DNA from: Eledone cirrhosa
Lineage: Eukaryota
Direction: 5' to 3'
NCBI GenBank assembly: GCA_964016885.1
Contig: OZ024740.1
Location: forward strand, 314,216,001-314,280,000
DNA: 64,000 nucleotides
The notes beneath the pieces are model-generated. The model was not told where the DNA came from. It worked only from the letters and a program-made list of their open reading frames with translations, and searched no databases. Within the stretch, counting starts at the first letter, position 1. Every line of letters starts with the position of its first letter. The position numbers were made by a program, and so were the translations under genes. Shown piece by piece: positions 1 through 12,263 of the stretch.

Positions 1-700
1 GGAGTGTGTGTGTTTGTATGTTCGTGGTTATGTGTATATTTATGCATATACGCGCATGTATGTGTGATTATACTGATATGTGTGAGTATGAAAAAATATA
101 TTTATATGCTTGACTCCATAAGTATCAATGCGCATCTTATCAGCGCATTAAGCTTACAGAGATATTAACCTTGAAATTTTGTGTTTGCATCCATCTTTTT
201 AGTATGCGTATACAAATTATACACACATTTTTGTAAAATATGTGTAAGGATTTTACATGTATATACACACACCGAACTGCTTTTAACCCTTTGTGTTTTC
301 ATTGGTCAATTTTGAACTGATATTTTGAATTGTTGTTATTATCAATAAATATACTTCATTATTTCTGAAGACGGCGTATATATGTGTTAGGTATGTATAT
401 TTAATCTTGATAATTTGTATAATTTTGTATAATTTTGTACATAGATCTGTTGAATATGCATACCAATTATAACACATATATACCCTAGAAACGATCGTTA
501 AATAATGAACTTTTTTTGTTTAATATAAGGAATTGTTTATTCATTATTTGTTTAATATTTTATCTTGACTCTGTATACCGTTTATCTTTCACCGAAAGTG
601 GATTTTCATTACATCTCTTCTTTCCATGATATCCGGAATACATTGAGTTCTTCATACGGATTGGACACTACCGTAAACTCTTGGTAGATTTATCTACATA
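1..700 (+). repeat. 5' pseudo-LTR of the PLE (truncated by the window edge)
   Basis: Matches 6614-7313 with no mismatch I could see; the same spurious 64-aa minus-strand ORF occurs in both. Confidence 0.93.
355..509 (+). ncRNA. Type I hammerhead ribozyme with extended stem II
   Basis: Stem I ttcattattt (355-364) / aaataatgaa (500-509); CUGAAGA 365-371; stem II 372-487; GAAA 488-491; palindromic stem III ACGAUCGU; GUU cleavage triplet ending at 499. Confidence 0.85.
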
Positions 701-852
701 ATTTTGCTCCTATTTTCACGGAAATATTCGTATTTTTGTACTGTATGTGTGTATTAATTTTATATTTATGTATAAACATATATATATGTATGATTTTGTA
801 AACCCATATACATTTAGTTGAGCTCTTTCAATTGTCCATCATCCATATCACA

Positions 853-3294
853 ATGGAAAAACAATATTTAGGAACCTCCTTAAAAAACATACCAATACCT
901 TCTAAGGACGACTTCTTACTCCTTATGATTCAGAAAACTAATAATTTTATCAGAAGGGTTAGATGGAGAGCCTACCACTTCGATAGGAAATCTAAACAAG
1001 CAGATCGGAAATATATGTATGATTTCAATACTTACAAGAATCCACCACACAACTTTTTACTTGAAGACTTCGAGAAAGACCTTTTTAATTTAATTAAACA
1101 CCTCAAATTTAAAAAGTATAAATCCGTCTTTCAAAAGGACCTTGATTCTACCCTATTGGACCTAAAAAAGTCTAAAAAAATCCATGTCCACTCGGACAAA
1201 ACTGGTAACTTGTATCATATGGATATTGAACATTATAATGAGTTCATATATAAAGAACTCAGAAAAAATTATAAAAAATCTAATAATGTGTCACTCACCA
1301 ACATCAACAACAAAACACACAACATAGTAAAAAAACTAAACATTGAAGATAGAACTGAACCTTTGGCATTGAAAAGACCACACTTCAACCTGAAAGATCA
1401 CAAATCTAACTTTAACTCTAATCCTTCTATTAGACTTATATGTCCCTCCAAATCAGATATTGGAATAATTAGCAAAAAAATTTTAGATAGAGTCATCCCA
1501 CAAATAAGAAAACACGTTATTTTACCACTCTGGGAAAACACCTCCCAGGTAATTAACTGGTTTAAAAATATTAGGTGTAAATCTTCTGCTTCTTTCCTAC
1601 AATTTGATATAGATAATTACTATTCTTCTATATCACCTATACTCCTGAACAAAGCATTAATATTTGCTAAAAATAGATCTAATTTAACTTCGGATGACAT
1701 TAACATTATTACAAATGCTAGACTAACACTTATTGAATTTCAGAATGAATACTGGACCAGAAACACATACAGTAATCTTTTTGATATTACTATGGGTTCA
1801 AGCGATTCCGCCCAAATTACTGATCTTGTGGGCCTCTTTCTCCTTTTCAACATAAATGCCTCTTTTCCCCACCTCAAAGGTGGTTTATATCGTGATGACT
1901 GTCTTCTTCTTTCTAACAACCTTAGCCTTTCAGAAATCGAAAATAACAAAAAACATATTAGAACTTTCCTTAAAGACTATTATAATCTTAATATTACTTT
2001 TGAAAAAACAAGTAAAGTAGTAAATTTCCTAGATATAACTTTAGATTTAGCTACGGGTATATACCAACCTTACCATAAACCTAACCAAAACTTACATTAC
2101 ATACACTCACAATCTAATCACCCTAAATCTATCCTTAAAAACCTTGCATATAATATATCACTTAGAATTTCTAACCTTTCTTCTAACCAAGATGTATTTG
2201 ATAAAAATGCGACCTTTTATAATGAAGCTCTAGATAGAAGTGGCCACAAAAATAGATTAGAGTATATACCTTCTACTAAAAATACTGAAAGCATACAGCA
2301 TAATATTACCAACAAACACCAAATGAAAAGTACACACCTAAATGCCACCCACAATATACCCCAAAATACTAAATCTTCTAGTATAAAGTATAGTAACCCT
2401 CAAAAAACTACTCATCATACAACTATAATAAATATTAATAATAAAACTCCTAATAAAAAAGATAAAACACCTAAATCTACAAATATAACTAAAAATAGTT
2501 GTGGTGAGATCATTAACATTAATCCTCCTAGTAAAAATCATGATACAACCTATAAAAATAATAAAAATAATAAACAACATAGAAACCGTAATAGACGAGT
2601 TACTTGGTATAATGCTCCTTTTAATTTACAAGTTAAGGATAATATTGCTAAAAAATTTTTTTATATCCTTGAGAAAAACTTCCCGCCAAACCACAAATAC
2701 CATCAAATCTTAAATAGGTCTACAGTTAAATTCTCATACTCTACAACAAATAACATAAAACAAAATATAAGTGCATATAATGCATATAAATGTAAGAAAA
2801 CCATAAGTATACCACCAGTACATCAAATTAACAATAATATCTCCTCAAATACAGAATTAACGAAAGGATGTAACTGTAGAAACAAAACAAACTGCCCATT
2901 AAAAGGGAATTGTCTTGTTAACAACATAGTCTATAAATGTAATGTTAAAACTAAAGATTCTATTTGCTCATATATAGGAGCTACCTCTAACAATTTTAAG
3001 ACAAGGTTTAATACCCACAAGCATAGTTTTAAAAATGCCGCACTGGCTAATACAACATCTCTAGCAGAAAAAATCAATAGTTATAAAAATAAGAATATAA
3101 AATATGATTTGACCTGGAGTGTGCTCAAAAGAGCCACCCCTTATCAAAATAATAGAAAGGAATGTAGATTATGTTCCCAAGAACTATTTGAAATAATGAA
3201 GTCTAAGGATATCTTATTAAATAAACGACAGGAATTAATTATATCGTGTAATCATAAACTAAAAAAAACATTTAAATATTATAAACCTAATTAA
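853..3294 (+). CDS. PLE polyprotein: reverse transcriptase + Cys-rich linker + GIY-YIG endonuclease (813 aa from the first ATG)
   Basis: N-terminal SLKNIPIPS..FIRRVRWRA. RT motifs FDIDNYY, TMGSSDSAQITDLVG and LYRDD (YRDD at 1888-1899), VNFLDITLDL, YHKPN. Linker WYNAPF and CNCRNKTNCPLKGNC. Endonuclease IVYKC..YIGAT..FKTRFNTH, then CRLCSQE and LLNKRQE. No internal stops. The track start at 832 is TTG; first ATG is 853. Confidence 0.93.
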   Translation: MEKQYLGTSLKNIPIPSKDDFLLLMIQKTNNFIRRVRWRAYHFDRKSKQADRKYMYDFNTYKNPPHNFLLEDFEKDLFNLIKHLKFKKYKSVFQKDLDSTLLDLKKSKKIHVHSDKTGNLYHMDIEHYNEFIYKELRKNYKKSNNVSLTNINNKTHNIVKKLNIEDRTEPLALKRPHFNLKDHKSNFNSNPSIRLICPSKSDIGIISKKILDRVIPQIRKHVILPLWENTSQVINWFKNIRCKSSASFLQFDIDNYYSSISPILLNKALIFAKNRSNLTSDDINIITNARLTLIEFQNEYWTRNTYSNLFDITMGSSDSAQITDLVGLFLLFNINASFPHLKGGLYRDDCLLLSNNLSLSEIENNKKHIRTFLKDYYNLNITFEKTSKVVNFLDITLDLATGIYQPYHKPNQNLHYIHSQSNHPKSILKNLAYNISLRISNLSSNQDVFDKNATFYNEALDRSGHKNRLEYIPSTKNTESIQHNITNKHQMKSTHLNATHNIPQNTKSSSIKYSNPQKTTHHTTIININNKTPNKKDKTPKSTNITKNSCGEIININPPSKNHDTTYKNNKNNKQHRNRNRRVTWYNAPFNLQVKDNIAKKFFYILEKNFPPNHKYHQILNRSTVKFSYSTTNNIKQNISAYNAYKCKKTISIPPVHQINNNISSNTELTKGCNCRNKTNCPLKGNCLVNNIVYKCNVKTKDSICSYIGATSNNFKTRFNTHKHSFKNAALANTTSLAEKINSYKNKNIKYDLTWSVLKRATPYQNNRKECRLCSQELFEIMKSKDILLNKRQELIISCNHKLKKTFKYYKPN

Positions 3295-3749
3295 TAACAT
3301 TATTCTAGAAATTAATTTAATCTAAATGTTAGTTAACCTATAAATTTAATTTAATTAATATTTTATTACAGATGAGAAAATATTATGTAATCATAAATTG
3401 GGAAAAACCTTTAAATATTACTAATATATACTTAGTAATTTAATTTATAGATTAATTTTAATTTATTTAAACCTTTTATTATAATTCTTTTACAGATAAA
3501 ATATAGCAAAATAATATCATGTTTCCAATGACGGAGAAATAATTTTTAGTATTATAGACATAATTAATATACATTTTGGAAATATATTTATTATTTGGTT
3601 TTAGTTTTAATCAACCTAAAAATTTTAATTTTAATTTGCTTAAAATTAGTATCCTTATACAGACGAATTGCAGAATGTCATGTAATCATAGAATGGGATG
3701 TGTTTTGGATATATACCTAGTTAATATATTCTGTGCAATTTTTTGAAAA

Positions 3750-3823
3750 TGATATGTATATGTATATGTGTATGTATATGTGTGTGTTGTGTATGTGTAT
3801 CTGTATGTATGTATATATGTGTA

Positions 3824-3868
<45 letters not shown>

Positions 3869-5015
3869 GTGTGTATATGTATGTATATGTGTATGTGTAT
3901 GTATATGTATATGTATGCGTATTAATTTTGATTTCTATTTGCATATAATTATATTATGCTATTGATGAAATACAATATCTGCTTTATGTATTGTATACCT
4001 AATTAACATATACTAATTAACGTATACTATTGAAATAAATATATAATTTTTAATTTAGTTAACATATAATTTATATGCTACTACCGATGTAATACTTTAT
4101 TTTATTTTTATTTGGATTTCTTTTCCCTATTACTAAATTCATCTCCTAATATTGATACCATAACGTTATTAACTTTAATTTAGTTATACTGTAATTAATA
4201 ATCTACTACTGTTTGACTTCAAAATTCTGCTTCAAATATTATAAACCTAACTAATTTACACCTTAGAAATCAATATGTTGGCTATCTTTGGTTTAGTTAA
4301 CATATGATTAATGGTATACTTATTTATTTTGAGATGCATAGATTTCGTATTTCCTAGCACTGAAAATATGTAAGAACATACATTGAATTAAGATACGGAA
4401 AATATTATATGTTTCTTGAAACATATATTTACTTTGATCCCCTTCTCCAAACCCCCCCTTTCCCCCATACTATTATCATCTGTATTTGTAAGCGTCTATG
4501 TATGAATATATATGTAGGTAGGTGTCTATATAGGTTTGGGTATTTATATCTAAATATAAAAATACATATATGAGCATGCAAATATGAATGTAAGATTGTG
4601 TGTGTATATATGATTGTACATACATGTGTATGTATATATATGTATATATATGCATTATATATGTGTGTGTATGTGAATGTGTTGTATGTATATGTGTATG
4701 TATGTGTATATATGTGTATGTATGTGTATGCTTGTATATATATGAATATATATATGTGTATATATGTATGTATATGTATATGCGTGTATGTATGTATGTG
4801 TATGTGTGTTGTGTATATATATGTATGTCTCTCTATTTATATGTTTATCTTCGTATCTATGTGATATATGTGTGTGTGTGTGCACGTATGCATATGTATG
4901 TGTTTGTGTGTGTTTGTATGTGTGTGTGTATGTATGTGTATGTGCGCACACACACATACACATATATATATATATATATATATGTGAATGTGTATGTGTG
5001 TCTGTGTGTGTGTGT

Positions 5016-5066
<51 letters not shown>

Positions 5067-5505
5067 GATATATATATATATATATATATATATAGGTGTC
5101 TATGTGTGAATATATGTCTTTATTCGTATGTGTGTATTTATGTATGTATATATTTATGTGTATGTATGTATGTGTATGTATGTATGTATATATATATATA
5201 TATATATATGTATATGTATATATATATATGTATATTATTCTTTATTATTATAATATAACTTATGTGTATATGTGTATAAGTGAGGTTGTGTATGTATATA
5301 TAATATGTGTATATATAAGAGTAATAAAATATATATATATATATATATGTGCATGTCTGTTTTTTATGTGTGTGTATATATATATATATATGTATATATA
5401 TGTATATATATGTACGTGTGTGTATATGGATATATGTATATATATATATATACATGTGGGTGTTTGTATGTGTTTTTATGGTGGTATGTGTGTGTGGATA
5501 TATAT

Positions 5506-5544
<39 letters not shown>

Positions 5545-5550
5545 AGTCTA

Positions 5551-5601
<51 letters not shown>

Positions 5602-5940
5602 ATATATGTGTGTGTATGTATATATATATGTGTATGTGTGTGTGTATATATATATATATATCTCTATTAATGCGTGTGTGTATGTATATACATATGCCTT
5701 TTTATTATTATTTTTTATTATTATCTTTATTTGTATGTCTGAGTTTGGTTAGGTTGTATTGTTTTTTATGTATATACACATTTATGGAAGCGTATGTATT
5801 TATATATATGAGTATAAGTAGGTGCATATGTATGTATGATTATATATCTAATTCTATGTATGAAGGTACATCTATATATATATATATATATATACGTGTG
5901 TATGTAAGTTGTGTGTGTATGTATCTATATGTCTATGTGA

Positions 5941-5986
<46 letters not shown>

Positions 5987-6075
5987 CGATGTGCGTATAT
6001 GTATGTACATGTATGTACATGTATGTGTGTATGTATGTGTATGTATATTTAGATGTATGTGTATGTATATGTATA

Positions 6076-6130
<55 letters not shown>

Positions 6131-6400
6131 ATATATATATATATATGGATATATATCTTTATTATCTATATTTTTTTTATATATATGTGTATGTGTGTAT
6201 GTGTTGCGCGTGTGTGTGTGTGTATATATATATATCTTTTTATATGTGTATGTGTATGTTCGTGTAAGTGTATGTGTGTGTATGACTGTATATGTATGTG
6301 TGTATGTGTGTATGCGTAAATATCTCTATGTGTGCGTACATGTATGTATGTGTGTTTATATATCTGTATGTGTATATATATTATATTATAGTTATTATAT
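3750..6400. repeat. Degenerate (TA)n/(TG)n/(TATG)n microsatellite region inside the PLE 3' region
   Basis: Alternating purine-pyrimidine runs at 3750-3920 and 4595-6400. Confidence 0.9.
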
Positions 6401-6613
6401 TTTATTGTTTTATTTTTTTTATTTTTCTTAATTTATAGATACATTTATATTAGGCAGTCTGCTCAGACAATTGAATACTGACCCCTCCCCCCCCCCCCCT
6501 CCCACCTAATTTCTGTATCTTGATCTTAAAATGTGTGTGCCAGTGTTTTATGTGAGTGATTTAATTTCTATGTGCTTATGATTTTATATCCACATATATA
6601 AATGTTGAGTGGG

Positions 6614-7307
6614 GGAGTGTGTGTGTTTGTATGTTCGTGGTTATGTGTATATTTATGCATATACGCGCATGTATGTGTGATTATACTGATATGTGTGAGT
6701 ATGAAAAAATATATTTATATGCTTGACTCCATAAGTATCAATGCGCATCTTATCAGCGCATTAAGCTTACAGAGATATTAACCTTGAAATTTTGTGTTTG
6801 CATCCATCTTTTTAGTATGCGTATACAAATTATACACACATTTTTGTAAAATATGTGTAAGGATTTTACATGTATATACACACACCGAACTGCTTTTAAC
6901 CCTTTGTGTTTTCATTGGTCAATTTTGAACTGATATTTTGAATTGTTGTTATTATCAATAAATATACTTCATTATTTCTGAAGACGGCGTATATATGTGT
7001 TAGGTATGTATATTTAATCTTGATAATTTGTATAATTTTGTATAATTTTGTACATAGATCTGTTGAATATGCATACCAATTATAACACATATATACCCTA
7101 GAAACGATCGTTAAATAATGAACTTTTTTTGTTTAATATAAGGAATTGTTTATTCATTATTTGTTTAATATTTTATCTTGACTCTGTATACCGTTTATCT
7201 TTCACCGAAAGTGGATTTTCATTACATCTCTTCTTTCCATGATATCCGGAATACATTGAGTTCTTCATACGGATTGGACACTACCGTAAACTCTTGGTAG
7301 ATTTATC

Positions 7308-7313
<6 letters not shown>
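6614..7313 (+). repeat. 3' pseudo-LTR of the PLE
   Basis: Direct repeat of 1-700; ends in the hairpin gtagatttatctac followed by (TA)n. Confidence 0.93.
6968..7122 (+). ncRNA. Type I hammerhead ribozyme, second pLTR copy
   Basis: Same sequence as 355-509, offset by 6613. Confidence 0.85.
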
Positions 7314-7365
<52 letters not shown>

Positions 7366-7576
7366 GGTGCATGCATCTGTTTGTTTTTATGTTACATAAC
7401 TTAGTGGTTTCACAAAAAAAATCTATGAAAAATATGTACAGGCTCAATATGGTCGTCTAAATCCTTTTCGGGAAAGTGGCATAAACCGCAATATGTAGCC
7501 CAGTCTGACTTCCCTGGTTGTGATATATCTAGATCTGCTGAGTCCCTGTTTGTTGTTCCCTAGATTTCATCTGGGG

Positions 7577-7937
7577 TACTCTTGGATCTCGAATAATCTT
7601 CCCCCAACACTTATTAATTTTTCAGATTTTTTCCACCACACTCCCCCACCTTCCTCTCATATTCCACCCACCCCTAACCCCACCTATCTAATCTATCTCC
7701 TACGAACATTTATTTTATGTGGTGGCATTCTTGCCACAATTAATTTTCTTTAGACACAAAAAAAAATATGTGACAGAAAAAAGTTCATTACTAGAAATCC
7801 TATACGTTATAAATAAGATGGTATGGGGTCTCAATATGTAAACTAAACGGGTTTTTTTTTAAATCAACGGAGTCAACGTAGAAAAATGCCGATTTTCCAC
7901 CCGCACCCCACCCACCATTATTTGGGACCAGTGAGTA
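7577..7937. mobile_element. MITE with imperfect TACTC...GAGTA termini (Tc1/mariner-like); related copy at 19487-19832
   Basis: Ends tactcttggatctcgaataat / attatttgggaccagtgagta. Internal sequence tagaaatcc..atacgttataaaata..ggggtctcaatatgtaaa is shared with 19660-19830. Confidence 0.55.
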
Positions 7938-8169
7938 AGCCTCTGGCATAATAAATATTATCTACTCCTGATGAATCACACTAACCAGGCCAGTATCTGT
8001 ACAACTTGAGTAATAGCCAAAACAGGAACAGCCTTTACACGGTCACTAGAAATAGCAGCATAATCTCTAAAATAACAAAACATATTATCTTATATAAAGA
8101 AGTCTGCATTGAACAAGGTAGATCATGATATACAGAAAGATAGAATGGGAACCGCTACATAGATAGATG

Positions 8170-8245
<76 letters not shown>

Positions 8246-8612
8246 AGGGGAGAGAGAGAGAGAGAAGGGGAGAGAGAGAGAGAAGGGGAGGGAGAGAGAT
8301 CTTTTTATTTGCCACAAGGGCGCAAAAGAAGGGGACAAATACAAAGGGGGAAGTTTACATACAATAAAAACGTGTAAAATATTACCACAAATGCAATTTA
8401 AAAATTAATCGATTTTCCCCAATAGGGGGAGACATTACATATGGGTAACACATACCCCCGAAAAAAAATGTGCAACCCTCATCTCCAGGAGTACGAAGAG
8501 TTTAGATGAAGGATGGATGGATATGCAGATAAGTAGGTAGGTATAGATAGATAGACACACACGCATATATATATATGTAAATATATATATATATATGTAT
8601 GTGCGTGCGCGC

Positions 8613-8652
<40 letters not shown>

Positions 8653-8829
8653 GAGAGAAAGAGGTGGGTAGATGGATAATTGTTTTGCTATTTGTTGATG
8701 TTTAGTTCCAGGTCAGCGATGCCCTAAACAGTCACGTGTTCCAGTAGTGAACTTTCCGTTTCTTTTTATATATCAGGAACTACATTATCCAATGGATTCT
8801 ACTTTATATAAGTGGGTAGAATACGGTCT

Positions 8830-9820
8830 GGTGGTTGTGGTGGTGTTGATGATGATGGTGATCCTTGTGGTGGTGATGGTGGTGGTGGTGGTGGTGGTGG
8901 TGCTCGTGGCGATGGTTGTGGGGGTAGCGATAGTGGTGGTGGTGGTGCAGATGGTGCAGGTGGTGCAGGTGCTGCTGGTGGTGCAGGTGGTGCTGGTTGT
9001 GTTTGTGGTGCTGATGGTGGTGGTGGTGGTGGTGGTGGTGGTGCAGGTGGTACTGGTTGTGCTGGTGGTGTTGGTGGTGCTGCTGGTGCTTGTGGTGGTG
9101 TTTGGAACTGCATGTGGTGCTGCTGGTGGTGGTGGTGGTGGTGGTGGTAGTGGTGGTGGTGGTAGTAGTGGTGGTGGTGATGCTGATGGTGTTGGTGGTG
9201 CTGCTGGTGCTTGTGGTGGTGTTTGGAACTGCATGTGGTGCTGCTGGTGGTGGTGGTGGTGGTGGTAGTGGTGGTGGTGGTAGTAGTGGTGGTGGTGATG
9301 CTGATGGTGGTGGTGGTGCTGCTGGTGCTTGTGGTGGTGTTTGGAACTGCATGTGGTGCTGCTGGTGGTGGTGGTGGTGGTGGTAGTAGTGGTGGTGGTA
9401 GTAGTGGTGTTGGTGGTGCTGCTGGTGCTTGTGGTGGTGTTTGGAACTGCATGTGGTGCTGCTGGTGGTGGTGGTGCTGCTGGTGCTTGTGGTGGTGTTT
9501 GGAACTGCATGTGGTGCTGCTGGTGGTGGTGGTGCTGCTGGTGCTTGTGGTGGTGTTTGGAACTGCATGTGGTGCTGCTGGTGGTGGTGGTGGTGGTGGT
9601 AGTAGTGGTGGTGATGCTGATGGTGGTGGTGGTGGTGGTGGCGGTGGCGTTAGTTGTGGTGATCGTGGTGATGGTGGTGGTGATTGTTGTGGTGGTGGTA
9701 GCAGTAGTGGTGGTGATAGTTGTGATGATGGTGGTGGTGGTGATTGTTGTGGTGGTGGTAGCAGTAGTGGTGGTGATAGTTGTGATGATGGTGGTGGTGG
9801 TGATGGTGGTGGTGGTAAAT
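8830..9820. repeat. Compound (GGT)n minisatellite with a recurring ttggaactgcatgtggtgctgct unit
   Basis: The unit recurs six times between 9100 and 9580, separated by GGT runs of variable length. Confidence 0.85.
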
Positions 9821-10068
9821 AATTGCTATTGTTTAACCTCAAGTCACACCCCGACCATGCAAACCTATGATTATAAAGGCGTTTTATCTGTGTCTATCCC
9901 CTCCCCCACGTTATGTTGTAGGGTTCAGGATCACATTATCCAGGGAGTCCTTTTATTGAGATGATAGACGTAATTTTAGGCAGATTTGGCTGTTTTTTCT
10001 TGCAGAGGAAATAACCACTTTAGCGGTTCTCTATTTGGCTCGTGAGAGTAGTTGATTGCGTTGTTAAT

Positions 10069-10099
<31 letters not shown>

Positions 10100-10384
10100 A
10101 TGATGACGGTGGTGGTGGTGGTGGTGGTTAGTGTTGTTATATGGTGCTACTGCTATTGCTGCTGCTATGCTGCTGCTATGCTGCTGCTGATGATGATGGT
10201 GGTGATGATGTAGCAGTGTACTTATTACCAGGGTGCTTGTTATATGCAAATGTTATCGGTTCAAGCAGCACAAGGAGGAGGAGGAGGAGGAGGACGAGGA
10301 GGAGGTGAGGAAGGGGGTTGCGAAGGTAGTGGGGATGGCCACTTTAACGGATGCTCGACCACTCACACAGGAGGGAGGGGGGGA

Positions 10385-10830
10385 GTCAGAGGGAGCTGGA
10401 GAAAGGGGGAGAGAAAGAGAAAGAAAGAGAGAGAAAGAGAAAGAAAGAGACAGAAAGAGAAAGAAAGAGAGAGAAAAAGAAAGAAAGAGAGAGAAAGAGA
10501 GAGAAAGAGAGAGAGAGGGAGAAAGAGAAAGAGACAGGGTAGGGGAAGAGAGAGAGACAAAGAGAGACGGAGAGAGAGGCCAGAAAAGGAGAGAGAGAGA
10601 GCGAGAGAGATGGGGAAAAGAGATATATAGAGAGAGGGAGAAAAGAGAAAAGACAGAGACAGAGACACTAAGGGAGAGAGATGGGAGAAAGAGAGAGAGG
10701 GAGAAAAGAGAAAAGACAGAGACAGAGACACTAAGGGAGAGAGATGGGAGAAAGAGAGAGGGGGGTGGAAGAAGGAGAGAGATAGAGTAAGAGTGAGAGA
10801 GAGTGGTGAAAGAGAAAGAGTAAGAGGAGT
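10385..10830. repeat. GA-rich polypurine low-complexity tract with an internal ~60-bp duplication
   Basis: gagagggagaaaagagaaaagacagagacagagacactaagggagagagatgggagaaa occurs twice. Confidence 0.85.
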
Positions 10831-11896
10831 ATGTAGTGTGGAGGTGGTAGATAACTCTCTGATCCACTGTCCCAGTATTTCAGTTAGAATAACTGTCGAA
10901 AGTAGACGTTTGTCACTTCTTATACTTTCTCTGAAGCCTACAATACAGCTATGGCTGACAAACCAGACGATGCCAAACCTGCAGTAAGTCAACAATCTTA
11001 TTATAATAATTATCATTAGTAATGATGACACTAGTTAATAATAATAATCATATTAATGATATTATTATTAATATTAATAATAATATTATAATAATGTTTT
11101 CTTTATTAACCACAAAGGGTTTACATCAAGAAAAACATTATGTCAATACAGGACGAAAACATAGAGTGTTAATAATAATATTAATAATAATTTCTTTATT
11201 ATTGGTCACAGGGGCTTACATATAGGGGACAATGCAATAGACAGGGATTGTGGGGTTTTACAAAAAATCGAATAATAATAATAATAATTGTTCTACTTTA
11301 GGCACAATGCCAGCAATTTCGGAAGAACGGTGAATTGATATTATCATTACGGTGATCGGTAGAGCGTCAGACACCATGCTTCGCAGCATAGAGTTATGGT
11401 CCTTTACGGTCTGAGTTCAAATCCCACCGAGGTTAGCTTTGCCTTTCATCCTTACTGGGATCGATAAAATAAAGTACCAGTAATACACTGGGTAATTGCT
11501 GGCCTTGTGCCAAAAGTAGAAACAATTATTAATAATAATGATAATTTTTCTTTTCAATAATAAATCATGGGAAGACGTATGAGTAGTATGATGAAGTAAC
11601 TACTGGTGATAAATAGTGATTGATAACAATAATAATCAATAATAATCAATAATTGTAATATTTGGTGAGGTTTTTCCCATTTTGGTGGTGTTGTTGCCGG
11701 AAGTCTGTGACTGAATTGATCTACCCAGTGGAGTGGGGTCTCACAAGGGACTTTATTTAGTGATGGTGTGTTGTTTTGTTTTGTTTGGGGTGTTTACAAC
11801 CAACACCCCTGGATGGAGTTTTTGTCTACTAATTGCATGGATACTCGGAGTTGTTCAAATCACTGTATTGCATTATTGCACATGCGAGACCCCACA

Positions 11897-11927
<31 letters not shown>

Positions 11928-12039
11928 CCCTCTCTCGCTCTCTCTCTCTCTCTCACCCTCTCTCTCTCTCTTGCTTTCTTTCTCTCTCACACTCTCTCTC
12001 TCTTTCTTTCTCCCTTTCTTTCCTTATACACACGTACAT

Positions 12040-12099
<60 letters not shown>

Positions 12100-12157
12100 A
12101 TATATACTGTTGGCTTCTTGCTCACAATAATTTCTATACTTTTCATTTATATATATA

Positions 12158-12263
<106 letters not shown>

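Larger units (their letters stand above)
1..7313 (+). mobile_element. Penelope-like retroelement (Naiad-type), apparently intact; left end runs off the window
   Basis: RT + GIY-YIG ORF between direct repeats 1-700 and 6614-7313 (offset 6613). The right end runs directly into (TA)n at 7311. Confidence 0.92.

Noticed and set aside
283-477. 64-aa minus-strand ORF duplicated at 6896-7090
   Set aside because: The duplication simply reflects the pLTR; it overlaps the ribozyme on the other strand and has no protein features.
3717-6431. Many ORFs rich in Y/I/C/V/M, plus similar ORFs across the window (e.g. 30454-31920, 488 aa)
   Set aside because: They are translations of (TA)n, (TG)n, (CA)n and (GA)n microsatellites, which lack stop codons by construction.
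8747-9964. Gly-, Pro-, Thr- or His-rich ORFs up to 347 aa resembling structural proteins
   Set aside because: Open in many frames on both strands, and the recurring unit shifts frame between copies; this is a (GGT)n-based minisatellite.
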